Of a stretch of DNA of 64,000 nt, positions 62,591-64,000 are shown one piece after another. Made by a program: the position numbers and the translations under genes. The notes beneath the pieces are model-generated. The model had not been told where the DNA came from, ran no database searches, and saw nothing but the letters and a program-made list of their open reading frames with translations. The stretch comes from Oscillospiraceae bacterium (GTDB lineage Bacteria; Bacillota; Clostridia; Oscillospirales; CAG-272), in NCBI GenBank assembly GCA_015065005.1, contig SVRE01000001.1:10593-74592 (forward strand). The letters are read 5' to 3'. Numbering within the stretch: position 1 is the first letter of the stretch; every line of letters starts with the position of its first letter.

Positions 62591-62677
62591 TAATATTAAA
62601 CTTTTAAGTATATAATATTGACAAGGGAAAACAAAAGTGTTAAAATAACATTATCATTTTAACTCGGAGGTTCAAAA

Positions 62678-63514
62678 ATGAACAACGGTAAGATTTTAGA
62701 CTTAAAGAAAAAGGCTACTGATATAAGGCTCGGCGCTGTTGAAGCTGTATTTAACGGTAAGTCAGGTCACCCGGGTGGAGCGCTTTCCGCCGCTGACGTG
62801 ATTGCTTGCCTGTATTTTTCAGAGCTTAACATAGACCCAAAAAAGCCAACCGATCCAAACAGAGACAGATTTGTTCTTTCCAAGGGCCACTCTTGCCCTG
62901 CCCTTTATGCGGCAATGGCTATGCGCGGTTATTTTGATATCAGTGAGCTTAAAAATTTCAGAAAGCTTGGCTCACTTACCCAGGGTCACCCTGATATGAA
63001 AACAATGAAGGGTATTGATATGTCCGCAGGCTCATTGGGCCAGGGCTTTTCCGTTGCTTGCGGAATGGCACTTGCTGCAAAGCTTAATAACCAGGACTAT
63101 CGTACCTACGCTATGATTGGTGACGGAGAGAGCCAGGAGGGTCAGGTTTGGGAGGCTACTATGTTTGCCGCCCACTACAAGCTTGATAACCTTTGCTTGA
63201 TTATAGATAATAACGGCTTGCAGATTGACGGACGTGTAAAGGACGTTATGAACACAATGCCTTACCCAAGCAAGTTCAAGGCATTTGGCTGGAATGTTAT
63301 TTCCATTGACGGACATAATATAGAGGAAATTCTTGATGCCTTTGAAAAGGCAAGACAGACAAAGGGCAAGCCAACCGTAATTGTTGCAAAGACAGTTAAG
63401 GGTAAGGGCGTTTCCTTTATGGAAAATCAAGCAGGCTGGCACGGTAAGGCGCCGAATGAGGAGCAGTATAACCAGGCTAAGAGCGAGCTTGAGGCTTATA
63501 AAAAGTCACTTTAA
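62678..63514 (+). CDS. tktA: transketolase, N-terminal (TPP-binding) subunit
   Basis: SGHPGGALSAAD and GDGESQEGQVWEA motifs, 278 aa. Promoter TTGACA..17..TAAAAT about 62620-62648. Confidence 0.92.
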   Translation: MNNGKILDLKKKATDIRLGAVEAVFNGKSGHPGGALSAADVIACLYFSELNIDPKKPTDPNRDRFVLSKGHSCPALYAAMAMRGYFDISELKNFRKLGSLTQGHPDMKTMKGIDMSAGSLGQGFSVACGMALAAKLNNQDYRTYAMIGDGESQEGQVWEATMFAAHYKLDNLCLIIDNNGLQIDGRVKDVMNTMPYPSKFKAFGWNVISIDGHNIEEILDAFEKARQTKGKPTVIVAKTVKGKGVSFMENQAGWHGKAPNEEQYNQAKSELEAYKKSL

Positions 63515-63528
63515 GGAGGTAAAGAGAA

Positions 63529-64000
63529 ATGGCAGATAAGATAGCGACAAGAGAAGCATACGGAAATGCTTTAGCTGAATTTGGCGCGCAAAACAATGAT
63601 ATTGTAGTTCTCGATGCCGACTTAGCGGAGGCTACAAAAACTTGTGTATTTAAAAAGAAATTCCCCGAAAGGTTTTTTGACTGCGGTATTGCGGAGAATA
63701 ATATGTTTGGTGTTGCGGCAGGTCTTGCAACAACAGGCAAAATCCCATTTGCATCTACCTTTGCTATGTTCGCAGCAGGCAGGAGCTTTGACCAGGTTAG
63801 AAACTCTATCGGTTATCCACACTTGAACGTTAAAATCTGCGCTACCCACGGTGGCGTCAGCGTTGGTGAGGACGGTGCAACACACCAGTGCTGTGAGGAT
63901 ATGGCGCTTATGCGTACAATTCCCGGTATGGTTGTTATGAACCCGTCTGATGCGGTTGAGGCAAGATGTGCGGTTGAAGCGGCAATTAAGTATAACGGCC
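63529..64000 (+). CDS. tktB: transketolase, C-terminal (pyrimidine-binding) subunit, 5' part (runs off window)
   Basis: AGGAGG precedes ATG 63529. MADKIATREAYGNALAEFG...CGIAENNMFGVAAGLA. No stop before the window end, so it is absent from the ORF track. Confidence 0.9.
   Translation, partial: MADKIATREAYGNALAEFGAQNNDIVVLDADLAEATKTCVFKKKFPERFFDCGIAENNMFGVAAGLATTGKIPFASTFAMFAAGRSFDQVRNSIGYPHLNVKICATHGGVSVGEDGATHQCCEDMALMRTIPGMVVMNPSDAVEARCAVEAAIKYNG

Overview
This is a 64-kb chromosomal segment of a Gram-positive, Clostridia-like (Bacillota) anaerobe. That assignment is inferred from gene content and promoter/RBS style. The backbone is housekeeping: rlmH, mnmG, pyrR, glmM, the glmS ribozyme plus glmS, dusB, cysS, rimP-nusA-ylxR-ylxQ-infB, rny, mgsA, mnmE, an mnmM-like gene, alaS, a Na+-translocating oxaloacetate decarboxylase operon and a split transketolase. 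Interleaved with these are glycoside hydrolases (GH28-, GH109-, GH78- and GH36-like) and four BspA-type LRR surface proteins. By eye I recognised no rRNA, tRNA, CRISPR array, transposase, integrase or reverse transcriptase. Four things stand out. (i) An orphan ~7.8-kb phage-tail-like operon (54.9-62.6 kb) has fibre-like and large structural ORFs followed by three membrane proteins, but no head, packaging, integration or lysis genes. (ii) A stand-alone wHTH + GHKL-ATPase + STAS-like (DUF4325-type) fusion gene is bracketed by 35-nt identical terminator repeats, at the point where the infB operon ends prematurely. (iii) More than 10 intergenic regions are filled with several families of hairpin-array repeats: short constant words alternate with variable mini-hairpins. 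One family is palindromic, shows compensatory changes, and abuts a doubly disrupted GIY-YIG nuclease pseudogene. (iv) There are several small regulatory oddities: a mini-ORF attenuator before a CNNM transporter gene, and four CATATG palindromes phased at 11 bp. All functional calls rest on reading the translated ORFs against remembered family motifs. No database search or folding program was run.
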